Assembly: GCA_951406725.2 (NCBI GenBank)
Contig: OX597817.1
Location: 165,850,001-165,914,000, forward strand
Direction of reading: 5' to 3'
Source: Octopus vulgaris
Taxonomy: Eukaryota
DNA: 64,000 nt
Under the pieces are notes generated by a model, which saw only the letters and a list, made by a program, of their open reading frames with translations, did not search any database and had not been told where the DNA came from. A program made the translations under genes and the position numbers. Shown here one piece after another: positions 1 through 15,310 of the stretch (its first letter is position 1; each line of letters begins with the position of its first letter).

Positions 1-173
1 TCAAGACGGTCTGGGACATTGGTGATGACACTATTGGGAGATGTTGATGACACCAAGGAAGGTGATCACGTCGAAGACAAGTGTGAAATACGCCGTTATA
101 TACATAAGCGCATGTCTATAACTGTATTTTCTGTATTCCGTACCCCGCCCACGTGTGTGTGTGTGTGTCTGTG

Positions 174-228
<55 letters not shown>

Positions 229-231
229 TTA

Positions 232-272
<41 letters not shown>

Positions 273-533
273 TATATAGATCGATAGATAGATTGATAGA
301 TAGAGATAATTAGATATTTGTGTGTGTGTGTGTGTATGTGCTTACATATATATATATATATGTCTGCATGTGTGCGGATATGACAAAATGCATATTATAT
401 TTATCTCACTGTCTTTTTGATCCTCTCTCTGACATATGTATGTATATATATATATACACATTTAAATTTAAAAATGAGGGTGAGAAATTTGATATTAATT
501 TAATTAACATCAATTTCACACCAGTGGTCTAGC

Positions 534-534
<1 letters not shown>

Positions 535-567
<33 letters not shown>

Positions 568-812
568 TGTATGTGTGTGTATATATATATATACGTATGT
601 ATATATATATATATAGTATATATATATATATATACGTATGTATATATATATATATACGTATGTATATATATATATACGTATATATATATATATATACGTA
701 TTATATATATATATATACGTATGTATATATATATATATACGTATATATATATATATATATATATACGTATGTATATATATATATATATACGTATATATAT
801 ATATATATATAC

Positions 813-898
<86 letters not shown>

Positions 899-1078
899 GT
901 ATTATATATATATATATACGTATGTATATATATATATACGTGTATATATATATATATACATGTATATATATATATATAGTATTGGATATATATATATATA
1001 CGTATGTATATATATATATACGTATGTATATATATATACGTATATATATATATATACGTATGTATATATATATATACG

Positions 1079-1133
<55 letters not shown>
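535..1133. repeat. (TA)n microsatellite with periodic ACGT/ACGTATG interruptions
   Basis: About 600 bp of TA repeats broken by recurring tacgta(tg) units; source of spurious YIYI ORFs. Confidence 0.95.
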
Positions 1134-1135
<2 letters not shown>

Positions 1136-1136
1136 G

Positions 1137-2320
1137 CAGAGTTTGGACACAAAATAATGGAAACACCTAGCATCATAGCATCATAATTTTGAAATATCTA
1201 TAAAACCGTTAAAAGTTTGTTTATTTTTATGTTTTTTTATTTATTATTAGTTTTGCGTAATATCTTTTGCTAAAATTGCTGGGTTTTTTTTTCAGATATC
1301 ATCAGAGAAAGGTAATTAAAATTCCTTAAAATGACAGATCTATCGGACTTTCAAAAAGGTCAAATTGTTGGTGCTCGTATGGCAGGCGCTAGCGCAACGA
1401 AAACAGCCGAAATGTTTGGTATATTAAGAAGTACTGTTTTCGAAAGTAATGACAGCCTTTGAGAAAGAGGGGAAAACCTCCTCGTCGAAGCAAAACTCCG
1501 GAAGAAAACTATAACTTTCAGATAGGGACCGTCGGTCTCTTGCGCGAATTGTTAGAAAGGATCACAAAGGTACAGCTCCCAAGTTTACTGCAGAGCTTAG
1601 TGACCACCTCGGGAAATCAGTTTCCACAAAAACTGTTTGCCAGGAGCTACACAAAGCCGAATTTCACGGGAGGGCTGCAAACAGAAAACTACTACTTTCA
1701 AAAAAACGTTCAGAGTGGAGCAAAAACCTACAGAATTGGTCCCTAGAGCTGTAGAAGAATGTTATTTTCTCGGACGAGTCATCCTTTACTTTATTTCCGA
1801 CCACCAGCCGAGTATATGTGTGGTGACTGCCAAGGGAAGGGGCTATATCTTGGAAATCCGCCGGCCCAATGGTTTCCCTTCATGGCAGAATTAATAGTTA
1901 AACAATTGTATCTGATCAAATTCATCCTATGGTTGTGGGACTGCTTCCGAAGGGAAACGTAATCTTTCAGGAGGATAATGCACAAATTCACACAACTAAA
2001 GTTGTTACTGAATGGCACGAAGAACATTCTAGTGAAGTTGAAGATCTTATCTGGCCACCACAGTCCCCAGATCTCAATACTTTTTAACTTTTATGGTGCA
2101 TTTTAGAAAAACACGTAAGGAGTCGATATCCTCCACCATCATCACTACAACTGGAGATTGTTTTAGCTAAAGAATGGACAAAAATTCCTTTGGAAACAAT
2201 TCAAACTTTGTACGAGTCCATACCTTGTATGTAATTACTGCCAAAGGCGGTCCTACCCCATATTAGAATGAATTTGTTTGAAATTTTAAGGAGTTACCAT
2301 TATTTTGTGCAACCCCTTTG
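1137..2320 (+). mobile_element. Tc1/mariner DNA transposon, near full length, DD36E (Incomer-like) spacing
   Basis: Degenerate TIRs cagagtttggacacaaaataatggaaacacct (1137-1168) and aggagttaccattattttgtgcaacccctttg (2289-2320) followed by TA; internal transposase remnant. Confidence 0.9.
1331..2266 (+). pseudogene. Tc1-like transposase pseudogene (frameshifts, stops)
   Basis: Manual translation: MTDLSDFQKGQIVGARMAGAS (HTH), VIFSDESS, IFQEDNAQIH, WPPQSPDLNTF*LLW, AKGGPTPY*; catalytic E position is TAA at 2085-2087. Confidence 0.93.
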
Positions 2321-2661
2321 TATTATATAACAAGTATACTGAGATATATATATATATATATGAATATATATATATATATACTACACATATATTTCCCTCT
2401 CTCTCTCTCCTTCTCTCTTTTATTTTCAATTTGTTTACTGAGTCGGCAAAAAATATACACACACACATACGCATACATATTACACACACAAACATTTATA
2501 TATGAACAAAGTGAACGAGAGCACAGTTTAAAACAAATTTCACTTATCATTTATTCTTATTCACGATTCGTGGAAGAAGGCTTAGCAATATCAGTAGATC
2601 TCCCTCTCTCTCTCTCCCCCTCTCTCCCATTCTCTCTCTTTCACTCACTCACTCACTCAAT

Positions 2662-2696
<35 letters not shown>

Positions 2697-2785
2697 CTAT
2701 TTTTTTTTGTTTTCTCTTAAATCGGCAAAAGAAACAAAACAAAAGAAAAAAGCCCAGATTGATTGTGTTGTACGAAGCTTGCTTT

Positions 2786-2836
<51 letters not shown>

Positions 2837-2859
2837 AGAGATCAATAGATAGATGGATT

Positions 2860-2918
<59 letters not shown>

Positions 2919-3120
2919 ATAGATAGAGAGATAGATTACATATAGATAGATAGATGATATATATGGTTATGATATATATATGTATGATATACATGTATAT
3001 ATTATATCTATGATATATATATAAAAAATATACATACACACATACATAAATGTATATATAAATAAGTATATATAAATATTTATATACATATGTACACACA
3101 CACATAAATATTTGTGTATA

Positions 3121-3178
<58 letters not shown>

Positions 3179-3310
3179 GTATATATTCACGCATATACAT
3201 GTATACATATATACATACACAGATACGCATATATATATATATGTATATACACACATACATATATACATGTATATATTATACATATGTACACATACATGCA
3301 AACATATTTA

Positions 3311-3350
<40 letters not shown>

Positions 3351-3599
3351 TATGTATCTGCATATACCAACACATACACACACATGCACACACTCATATA
3401 AACATATAGATATACACATAGATATATGTACGTGTATGTATGCCTATATATGTGTATGCAGACACACATATATATGCATATACGTATACACACACACATA
3501 TATAAGCATATATAGATATGCATGTATGCAGGAATAGATAAATAAATAACTTTAAAATGTAAGCACACGCATATCTAAGTACCTATATATCTATATACG

Positions 3600-3760
3600 T
3601 ATTTCTTTATTACCCACATGGGGCTAAACATAGAAGGGACAAAGAAGGACAGACATTGGTATTAAGTCGATTACATCGACCCCAGTGCGTAACTGGTACT
3701 TAATTTACCGACCCCGAAAGGATGAAAAGCAAAGTCAACCTCGGCGGAATTTGAACTCAC
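3600..3760 (-). mobile_element. SINE family A, 5'-truncated
   Basis: Matches body and tail of the full copy at 17959-18190. Confidence 0.85.
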
Positions 3761-3999
3761 CGAGGTCGGTCATTCATCCGCACTTACGTACACGTACATA
3801 GGTGATACAGATACCAATACGTGCTTCTATTTACTTGTAGATACACATGCAAATATAGTGTGTGAGTGTGTATGGAATAATATCGTATAGGAATAAATAC
3901 AACTTTGTTATTATTTACATATTGCATAATCGCATTGTTTAAGACATTTAGAAGCAATTACAATATTCTGTATTATTCTCCACACTTTCAGATCGTTCC

Positions 4000-4062
<63 letters not shown>

Positions 4063-4115
4063 AATATATATGTATGTATATGTATGTATGCATGTATGTA
4101 TATATATATATATAC

Positions 4116-4146
<31 letters not shown>

Positions 4147-4168
4147 GGGGGATAGAAAGACAGAGATG

Positions 4169-4199
<31 letters not shown>

Positions 4200-4274
4200 T
4201 GTATGTATATATATATATATACATACATATATATGGGTGGATTTGATAGACGGAAACAATAAGAAGCCCGCCGA

Positions 4275-4318
<44 letters not shown>

Positions 4319-4660
4319 TTGTATGTGTGTGTGTATGTGTGAGTGCATGTATTTATGTGTCTGTTTTCGTCCACCAACTATCAATTAACAACCGATATTG
4401 ATGTTTTAACTTAGAGGTTCGGCAAAAAAAAAAAAGATAGAATAAGTACTAGGCATACATAAAAAAAAAGTCTGGAGGTCCAGTTGTTCCACTAAGGGAA
4501 GTGTTCTATCATGGCCATTGTTAATTAAATTAAACAAGTAAAAATCCCCAAAATATGTATATACCTAGATACGTAAGAGAGATTTCTATTTCGCAATGCA
4601 TACCTGCACACACACACACAAACACACAATCACACACATACATATAAAAAGATATACATA

Positions 4661-4822
4661 GGCGCAGAAGTGGCTGTGTGGTAAGTAGCTTGCTAACCAA
4701 CCACATGGTTCTGGGTTCAGTCCCACTGCGTGGCATCTTGGGCAAGTGTCTTCTGCTATAGCCCCGGGCCGACCAAAGCCTTGTGAGGGGATTTGGTAGA
4801 CGGAAACTGAAAGAAGCCCGTC

Positions 4823-4882
<60 letters not shown>

Positions 4883-5045
4883 GTGTGTGTTTGTGTGCCT
4901 GTGTTTGTCCCCCTAGCATTGCTTGACTACCGATGCTGGTGTGTTTACGTCCCCGTCACTTAGAGACCGATAGAATAAGTACTGGGCTTACAAAGAATGG
5001 CCGCAGTCAAATGACTGAAACAAGTAAAAGAGTAAAAGCGTAAAA
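4661..5045 (+). mobile_element. SINE family B (tRNA head, CORE-like segment, internal microsatellite)
   Basis: Head ggcgcagaagtggctgtgtggtaag, B-box-like gggttcagtccc, cttgggcaagtgtctt, tail ggccgcagtcaaatgactgaaacaagtaaaagag; internal deletions. Confidence 0.88.
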
Positions 5046-5163
5046 GAATGTGTACGTATTTATACATGTATGTATATATACATGAACGTAAACATGAGTA
5101 TATATATATACATATATATATATGCATGTCTATATATAACAATAATAATATAGGTAGGTACCT

Positions 5164-5279
<116 letters not shown>

Positions 5280-5292
5280 GTATATATATATG

Positions 5293-5354
<62 letters not shown>

Positions 5355-5707
5355 ATATTGATTTACATAAATACATTCACATACAGTATGTATTATATGT
5401 ACATGTATATATATGTATACTATATATCTATAATATATATAATACATATTTATAACATATATATATATGTAATATATATATACTATATATAATTCCAATA
5501 AAGGTAGAGTCAGCAAAAAATAAACTCCTTCTGGTGAGAGATAAATATCAAATTAATACGTATACCGAAAGAGCTACGAACAGTCTCATGCCTATTTAAT
5601 GTAACATAAAAGCATCAGTAGCCGTTTCGGTATGTCTATTTAATTGATATATATATGTATATATATATAAACACATATACACATTTATACAAACACACAC
5701 ACACACA

Positions 5708-5738
<31 letters not shown>

Positions 5739-6048
5739 CGCACACCCACACATTTACACTCTTATACAAACACACACACACAGCATCTATATATATATTT
5801 ATACACGCACATACATAAACACACACAGACTAAATTCCATATATTGGAGGAGGTTGAAAGTTTAGCCAAGTTAATCATGGTGTCCTAGTATGGCCGCAGC
5901 TCTCGAGTTGAAACTAGTAAAGAAAGTATGTATAATATACATTATATACATATATACCCTCTCCCTCTCTCTCTCTATCTGCATATATATTCAATCCTTG
6001 AAATATCTATGTAACCGAACGAACGCTTTATATTTGTATGTGTGCGTG

Positions 6049-6085
<37 letters not shown>

Positions 6086-6325
6086 GTGTGTGTGTGTGTG
6101 TGTGTGTATCATTGTGTATGAATGTATACACACGTGTGCGGTCATCATTATCCTTAATTAACATTTGTGATACTGGACCCACCCAAAGCAGTTTACGTGT
6201 CCAACAATAAGAATGCTTACATAAATCCTTTGACTTGTTGCGAAATTTAGCGTGTCCCAATCCTTTACAGAATTTTTGTTCCGGCTAGGCTTGCAATTTC
6301 TCTCTTCCATCTTGGTGTTATTAAA

Positions 6326-6364
<39 letters not shown>

Positions 6365-6890
6365 GCACATGCACAAACACACACACACACACACACACAC
6401 AGTCTCCATACTGGTGTATACGTAATTGCATATGCTACATTAATTAATAGGGTATGAAATTAGAAGCAAAATATATAGCAACATGTTGCCAAATAAATTA
6501 TATATCGACATAGGCTTTCGCATGATCCTCATATGGAAGCAAAACGAAGATTTATCAACGACGATTTATTATTTGATATATCGATACGTTTATGTATATA
6601 TCTGTAAGATACTTAGTATCATATACTCCTTTGACATTCCTTCACTGAATGTCTGAATTCTGTGATTGAAATCTCTTCTTACAATCTCCTGTAAATATCG
6701 CTATATATCCGAATCCAATTAGGAAAAAAGTGTCACGGAAAAATGAAAAATTGTACACCAGATAAAAAGTACTCACCTAAAATTTTCCATTAATTAAAGC
6801 TTATTAAATTTCTATTTCATATACGTATATATTAGTGTGTCTTTTTGTGAGTGAGTATACTATGCAAAAAAAAAAAAATTCAAATATATG

Positions 6891-7003
6891 TATTGTCTAT
6901 TATTTATAAGTTGTCAATGTAAAAATATATAATAATAATTATTATTATTGTCTATTATTTATAAGTTGTCAATGTAAAAATATATAATAATAATTATTAT
7001 TAT
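6891..7003. repeat. 55-bp tandem duplication
   Basis: tattgtctattatttataagttgtcaatgtaaaaatatataataataattattat starts at 6891 and 6946. Confidence 0.9.
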
Positions 7004-7109
7004 TATTATTATTACTAGAGGGAAATTAGTTAAGTATTGTTAATTAATATATTTTTGCTTACACTCTTTTTTATGTGCATTAATATTTCGTTCTAAATTT
7101 TATAAATCT

Positions 7110-7154
<45 letters not shown>

Positions 7155-7239
7155 GCACGCGCACATGCACACACACTGACATTATTTTACACTTTGGCAG
7201 TATAAACATATATGTTTAATTGTATATATATGTTATGTG

Positions 7240-7762
<523 letters not shown>

Positions 7763-8390
7763 CTACGCATCGCCAAAAAAATAAAAGGGAAAGTCCTCAA
7801 ATGCAACATAAAGATCCAGTGTTTTCCTAACAAATCTGGAACATATAAATCCCACATTATATTCAGAAAATTAATTACTAATTATGCATGTTAAAGACAA
7901 TAGTAACAAAATATTTTAACCCACAAAAAAATTTTTAGAATTTATGATAGCCAGAGAAATCGAGGTAAAATTCTGACAAGAAAAATATACATTAAAATTG
8001 AAATTTAAAAATCGACGTTTTGATTGATTTCATGCATTTTTTTCTTTAAAACAAAGCCATATTTCCCTGCATGCGTGTTACGTATGCTATGATAATCATA
8101 CAGAAAAAAATTGTTGAGGTCATATATTGCCAATGAAGAAACGACAATAAAATATTTGATGAATAAATTATATCAAGTTATTTTTATGGTATTTAAATAA
8201 CACGTGGCGTTTTCCCCCTAATAGTTCTTTTCTTCTGATTCTGTTGTTTAAAAATTTACCTGTAGCATCCTCTCCCCACGTCCCAACAACTCCCATGTGT
8301 CTATATTTCCATATGCTACTCTAAGAATTAAACAGACGGCCAGATAATTGAAGAGAAAGTTTCAGGACAAAAACCGCAATAATAATAATG

Positions 8391-8439
<49 letters not shown>

Positions 8440-8453
8440 TAATAATAATAATG

Positions 8454-8501
<48 letters not shown>

Positions 8502-8869
8502 TCCTCTAGTCTAGCTCATACCATTTGCGGGTACGGGTTGATATATAATAAATTCCGTTGACCTCAGCATATATGAGTGAATGCCTAGACTGACTTTAAC
8601 AGCTGATAATTGAAAATAAAAATGGATGTAAATGTACGTGACTAAACACCGCAAGGTATTAAGTGCGACAGTTTATCAATACTGTCATCTATTGCCAAAT
8701 ACTAATAATGATGATTATTAATATAGGCAAAAAGTACAGCAGCAATATTGGGGAAGGAGGTAAGTCGGTTACATCAACCCCAGTGCTCAGCTGGTATTTA
8801 TTTCATCGACCCCGCGATGAATTTTTTTCCCGGTGCGCTAATGATTCTACCAGTTAGTTCGCTGCCTCG

Positions 8870-8878
8870 ATAATAATG

Positions 8879-8930
<52 letters not shown>

Positions 8931-8968
8931 TAACATTAATAATAATAATAACATTAATAATAATAATA

Positions 8969-9029
<61 letters not shown>

Positions 9030-9137
9030 TGATGATGATGATGATGATAGTAATAATAGCAATAATGATGATGATGATGATGATCATCATCATAACAACA
9101 ACAACAACAATAACAATAACAATAATAATAATAATAA
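8870..9137. repeat. Compound (AAT)n/(GAT)n/(AAC)n microsatellite
   Basis: Direct inspection. Confidence 0.95.
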
Positions 9138-9820
9138 TTCTGACATATGCGCAAAGCCAGTACATTTTCGGGCCAGTGTATAGTCTATTATATAATTTTA
9201 AAAAAAAAGGCATTTGTAATTTAGTGATTCAACCGGATATTGAAACCGTGTCATAGAGTTTGTTCGCTTGATCGTGATGTTATTGTTGTGGAAATAACAT
9301 GATGAGAATAATAGACCAGAAAATTTCTTCATATAAACATGCTGAGGGTTAATTGACTAGAAATTGGTCATCATATAAACAACAAGATTAAACTTTCCCA
9401 ACCAAATAACCTCACCCTCAGGGATGTATTAACAACGAACTTGATTATCGATGATTATCGATGATTATCAATAATCGCCATCAGGTGTTTTGTCATAGTC
9501 ATTGCTGTGTACATAATGGTTTGGAATTAAAAATCTTATTGTTTGAAGTAGATGAATATATTTTGAATCCACTAGAACACTAAATGCTTACTAAGTCCTC
9601 CAAAATATTTAAATGTAATCGTTATTTTTATTGTTGTTGTTTGACCACAGATTAACCCTGAACAAACAGAGTTGGAATTTAAGCCACCCCAGTCGGGATC
9701 ATTACGTTATTTTGCCAGACACGGGCCATCTTGAAGTAAATTAGGTAACATTCCTTGTTTATAGACGGTGGGACGTGATTTGTGCGTGATTTAGCTGGTA
9801 TTTCTAGCAGGCCGGGCGAG

Positions 9821-9873
<53 letters not shown>

Positions 9874-9900
9874 GTCTGTCTTGCTGTCTGTCTGTTTGTC

Positions 9901-9955
<55 letters not shown>

Positions 9956-10118
9956 GTATGTTATTAATTTTAACTATGTTTTATGAGTTACTAAACACTC
10001 AAATAACCTTCATTTGTTATCGAAATCGTGTTTACAGTTCACTTAATAAATAACAATAACGAAAATACAAGGTATAAATTTTTTTAAAATCACATATATG
10101 CATACATACATTTATATA

Positions 10119-10307
<189 letters not shown>

Positions 10308-10799
10308 CGGGCTTCTTTCAGTTTCCGTTTACCAAATCTATTCACAAGGTTTTGGTCGGCCCGAAACTATAGTAGAAGACACTTGCCCGGAACCATGTGG
10401 TTGGTAAGCAAGCTACTTACCACACAGCCACTCCTATGTAATTTTGAATTTAGTTCATGGACCCCCCAGTACTACCTTTGCGGAACAGCAAGGGTCCGCG
10501 GACCCCAGGTTGGGAACCACTGCACTAAAGCAAACTTTAATTTGGTGGTCTGCTTCACTCAAGTATCATAATTAATAAACCTTTCTACTATTGTCACAAG
10601 GACCGAAATTTTGAGGTAGGAGCGGGTGTAGGGGGAGCCCGAAACAATGAAAGGTAAAAGCAAACCCCGGCGGTATTTGAACTCAGAACATAAAGAACTA
10701 AAAGAAACGACGCTAAGCTAACGACTCTCAGCTCGGCGACTTTGAGTATTATAATAATGATATGTTCGTAAATGTGCACTCCCTCACACATACATACCA

Positions 10800-11039
10800 C
10801 ATGTATGTATGTATGTATGTATGTATGTATGTATGTATGTGTATGTATGTGTATGTATGTATGTGTGTGTGTATGTATGTATGCATGTATGTATGTATGT
10901 ATGTATGCATATATGTATGTATGTATGTATGTATGCATGTGTGTGTATGTATGTATGTATGTATGTATGTATGCATGTGTGTGTGTATGTATGCATGTGT
11001 GTGTGTATGTATGTATGTATGTATGTATGCATGTATGCA

Positions 11040-11070
<31 letters not shown>

Positions 11071-11134
11071 ATGTATGTATGTATGTATGTGTGTATGTAT
11101 GCATGTATGCATGTATGTATGTATGTATGTATGC

Positions 11135-11167
<33 letters not shown>

Positions 11168-11640
11168 TGTATGTATGTATGTATGTATGCATGTGTGTGT
11201 GTATGTATGTATGTATGTATGCATGTATGCATGTGTGTGTATGTATGTATGTATGTATGTATGTATGTATGTATGTATGTATGCATGTGTGTGTGTATGT
11301 ATGCATGTGTGTGTGTATGTATGTATGTATGTATGTATGTATGTATGTATGTATGTGTATGTATGTGTGTGTGTGTGTATGTATGTATGCATGTATGTAT
11401 GTATGTATGTATGCATATATGTATGTATGTATGTATGCATGTGTGTGTATGTATGTATGTATGTATGTATGTATGTATGCATGTGTGTGTGTATGTATGT
11501 ATGTATGTATGTATGTATGTATGTGTGTGTGTATGTATGTATGTATGTATGTATGTATGTATGTATGTATGTATGTATGTATGTATGTATGTATGTATGT
11601 ATGTATGTATGTATGTATGTATGTGTGTGTGTGTGTATGT
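10800..11640. repeat. (TATG)n array with GCAT/GTGT variant blocks
   Basis: Direct inspection; explains the 290-390 aa MYVC/HTYI ORFs. Confidence 0.95.
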
Positions 11641-11884
11641 GCGTGTGCGCGAGCGACACGCGTCTCCGTTTCTGTTTCGATGAGACGAATTAAATCGGTG
11701 CATGAAAAAAAAAAAGTAATGCAACTTAGCCGTTCGACAAGTCGGAACCCATAAAATATTCATCACTGAAATTTGAATTGGGGTCGATGTGATCGACTAA
11801 AAAACTTCTAGGCGTTGCCCCAGTATGGGCACGCTACTTCAAATGAATGAAACTAGAAAAAGAGAAAAGGTATATGTACATATA

Positions 11885-12287
11885 GGCGCAGGAGTGGCTG
11901 TGTGGTAAGTAGCTTGCTAACCAACCACATGGTTCCGGGTTCAGTCCCACTGCGTGGCATCTTGGGCAAGTGTCTTCTGCTATAGCCCCGGGCCGACCAA
12001 TGCCTTGTGAGTGGATTTGGTAGACGGAAACTGAAAGAAGCCTGCCGTATATATGTATATATATATATAAGTGTGTGTGTATATGTTTGTGTGTCTGTGT
12101 TTGTCCCCCTAGCATTGCTTGACAACCGATGCTGGTGTGTTTACGTCCCCGTCACTTAGCGGTTCGGCAAAAAGAGACCGATAGAATAAGTACTGGGCTT
12201 ACAAAGAATAACTCCCGGGGTCGATTTGCTCGACTAAAGGCGGTGCTCCAGCATGGCCGCAGTCAAATGACTGAAACAAGTAAAAGA

Positions 12288-12290
<3 letters not shown>
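11885..12290 (+). mobile_element. SINE family B, full length (reference copy)
   Basis: Complete head, CORE-like segment, internal TA/TG tract and 3' tail. Confidence 0.92.
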
Positions 12291-12342
<52 letters not shown>

Positions 12343-13200
12343 GGGAGTGGAAAATATAAATGTGGGATTGTGTGTGGTTCATGATTTTCCAATATGGCAA
12401 GCATTATTATTTTGTTGTCAATATAGTGTCCCGACCACCGACGCCCTTGTGACAAACACAGAAATTATTGTTGTTATTATTTATAAGGGTATAAGTTTGG
12501 CTGAACTGTTAAGGCGTCGGACAAAAACTGCCTTGCGATGTTTGTGATCTTAGGATCAAATTCTGTCGCGGTCAGCTTTCATCTTCCCACGGTAAGTAGT
12601 AAAGATATAAAGTCAATCACTATGGGTACAGGGTCTGAATTTTATAGGAAGTAAGCAAGTCGATTTACAACGACCCCCAGTGCTAAACTGGTACTGTTTT
12701 ATCTAAACCCAAATAGGATGAAAGACAAAGTCAAACGCAGCGGAATTTGAACTCAGAACGTAAAGCTGTGATGTGAGAAATGCAGACGACATTTAGAAAT
12801 AATGAATAATTAAGCCGAAGTCGGAAATGAAACCGCATCGGCTTCACTTAAGTCCAAGCACATATTAAAGCCTATTAACTTAACTAGCGAATGAACGCTG
12901 CTTATGATGAGAATAAGGACATTTGCAACTATAAACAACAGCATAGCTTTAGGAGTTACAAGTGTCAAGAGTTACAAGTGTTAACTTTGTTTTCATTATC
13001 ATGTTTGTAGGATAAGGAAGTAGTATGGTAGAGGTGTGTTCATGCATTTCCCAGAGCTAGGATGAGAAGGAATTAAGGTAAAGAAAGAGACGTGGAAACA
13101 AACAGGGGTGATTCACGATTGAACTGAGAAGGAAGACTTTATATGTACAAGTGTCATAATGATCAATATGCAAATAATATAATATAACGTAGAGTAACAC

Positions 13201-13834
13201 CTTCGCACTCATATATATTTCTTTACTACCCACAAGGGGCTAAATGCAGAGGGGACAAACAAGGACAGACAAAGGGATTAAGTCAATTACATCGACCCTA
13301 GTACGAAACTGGTAGTTTATTTATCGACCCCGAAAGGATGAAAGGCAAAGTCGACCTCGGCGGAATTTGAACTCGGAACGTAACGACAAACGAACTTCGC
13401 ACTCATATATTTACGCAAATATGTATATATTTCTTTATTGCCCACAAGGGGCTAAACATAGAAGGGACAAACAAGGACAGACAAAGGGATTAAGTCGATT
13501 ACATCGACCCTAGTACGAAACTGGTAGTTTATTTATCGACCCCGAAAGGATGAAAGGCAAAGTCGACCTCGGCGGAATTTGAACTCGGAACGTAACGACA
13601 GACGAACTTCGCACTCATATATTTACGCATATATGTATATATTTCTTTACTACCCACAAGGGGCTAAACATAGAAGGGACAAACAAGGACAGACAAAGGG
13701 ATTAAGTCAATTACATCGACCCTAGTACGAAACTGGTAGTTTATTTATCGACCCCGAAAGGATGAAAGGCAAAGTCGACCTCGGCGGAATTTGAACTCGG
13801 AACGTAACGACAGACGAACTTCGCACTCATATAT
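13201..13834 (-). repeat. Tandem triplication of a 5'-truncated SINE A with its flanking direct repeat
   Basis: cttcgcactcatatat at 13201, 13395, 13607 and 13819, separating three near-identical SINE A bodies. Confidence 0.93.
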
Positions 13835-14588
13835 TTACTCATATATATATATAGTAAGACAGGTATTCATTGTTACACTGTCATGGTGTATTCAAATTCA
13901 CCCCTACCCCCATCCAGCTCCGCATCACCGCCACCCCTCACTTAATTTATTTAAAAAAATTATTAAACGCGTTTGACGGTAAAATGTATTATTTTGATAC
14001 ATATTTCATATATGTTAAGTTAAGCATGGCCCGGGCCAATTCTGGCCGAAACTAGATACAGAGATATAAATGCAGATGTTTATAAGAAAAGTAAAACAAT
14101 TCAAAGACAATACAAATTCTTACCTATTCTGTATTTCAGTTCCAGCTTCTTGATCTTGCTTTGTTATTGTTGGTTAAACAGTTGTTGCGCACACTTTTGT
14201 TTGATAATGTATGCGTATGTATTCCCCTATTTTAGGTTCATGCGCTTAGATACATATATATGTATGTATATAATATATATATATATATATATACATACAG
14301 ACAAAAGAAGTAATGTTTATAATGTAAATAAATAAATATTCTTTTCTGTTTAAATAAAGCTTCACAATCGTAGGCTCTCAGTGGGGAAAAAAACGGAATT
14401 TTTCGTGTTATTGCTGCGGATTTTGTAACCACATATATTTATAATTTTCTTTGTATTTATATATTTTATATATGATTAGTAAAAACTAAAACACAACTTG
14501 CATGCTTTTTATACTTCACAACTTTATATAAATACTAAACGTAGTCGCAGTGTGTATTATATTTATATATACGTGTATATGTGTATGT

Positions 14589-14620
<32 letters not shown>

Positions 14621-14984
14621 TAGACGAAGATGTACGAGTTAGTAGTTGTTGGTGTTCTTTATAAGCTGGTGCCAGTCGCTATATTTATGCCAATGCCAAG
14701 AGTAGTTTTCGCGTAGTCTCTCCCTCGCTCTCTGTGTTACTTATTCTCCCTCCCTTTCGTTCGGTGCTTGTGGTTAAAAGGGAGGAGGAGGGGAGGCAAT
14801 AAATTGTGTTCTCAACCTGCGCCAATGAGTAGAGAGAATCGCCTGCGCGCTCTAAGATAGGGCTGTGACGAATGTTAGTGACGATCAGGGGATCAAATGC
14901 ACATACCAGGATATATACACATACATATAATATATGTATATATATATATATAAGTACACACACACACACACGTTATTCCTTAAT

Positions 14985-15310
14985 TGTTTTGCTTCTTTCA
15001 GTCATTTGACTGTGGCCATGCTGGAGCGCCGCCTTCCAGGGTTTTTTTAGTCAAACAAATCGACCCCAGGACTTATTCTTTTAAAACCTAGTACCTGTTC
15101 TGAACCGCTAGTTTACGAGGAGGTAAACACTCCAACATTGATTCAAGAGCGGATGAAGACATGACCACCACAACGAAAGATCTTTTAAAGCCTAGTACCT
15201 TTTGCTGAACCGCTAGTTTACGAGGAGGTAAACACTCCAACACCGGTTGCCAAGCGGTGACGGGGAAAAATATAGACACAAAGACACACACACACACACA
15301 CACACACACA
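14985..15310 (-). mobile_element. SINE family B 3' half with internal duplication and insert
   Basis: Tail cagtcatttgactgtggccatgctggagc; duplicated block of about 61 bp. Confidence 0.8.

Noticed and set aside
1-110. GC-richer open stretch at the window edge
   Set aside because: Too short and truncated, with no recognisable domain or splice signal
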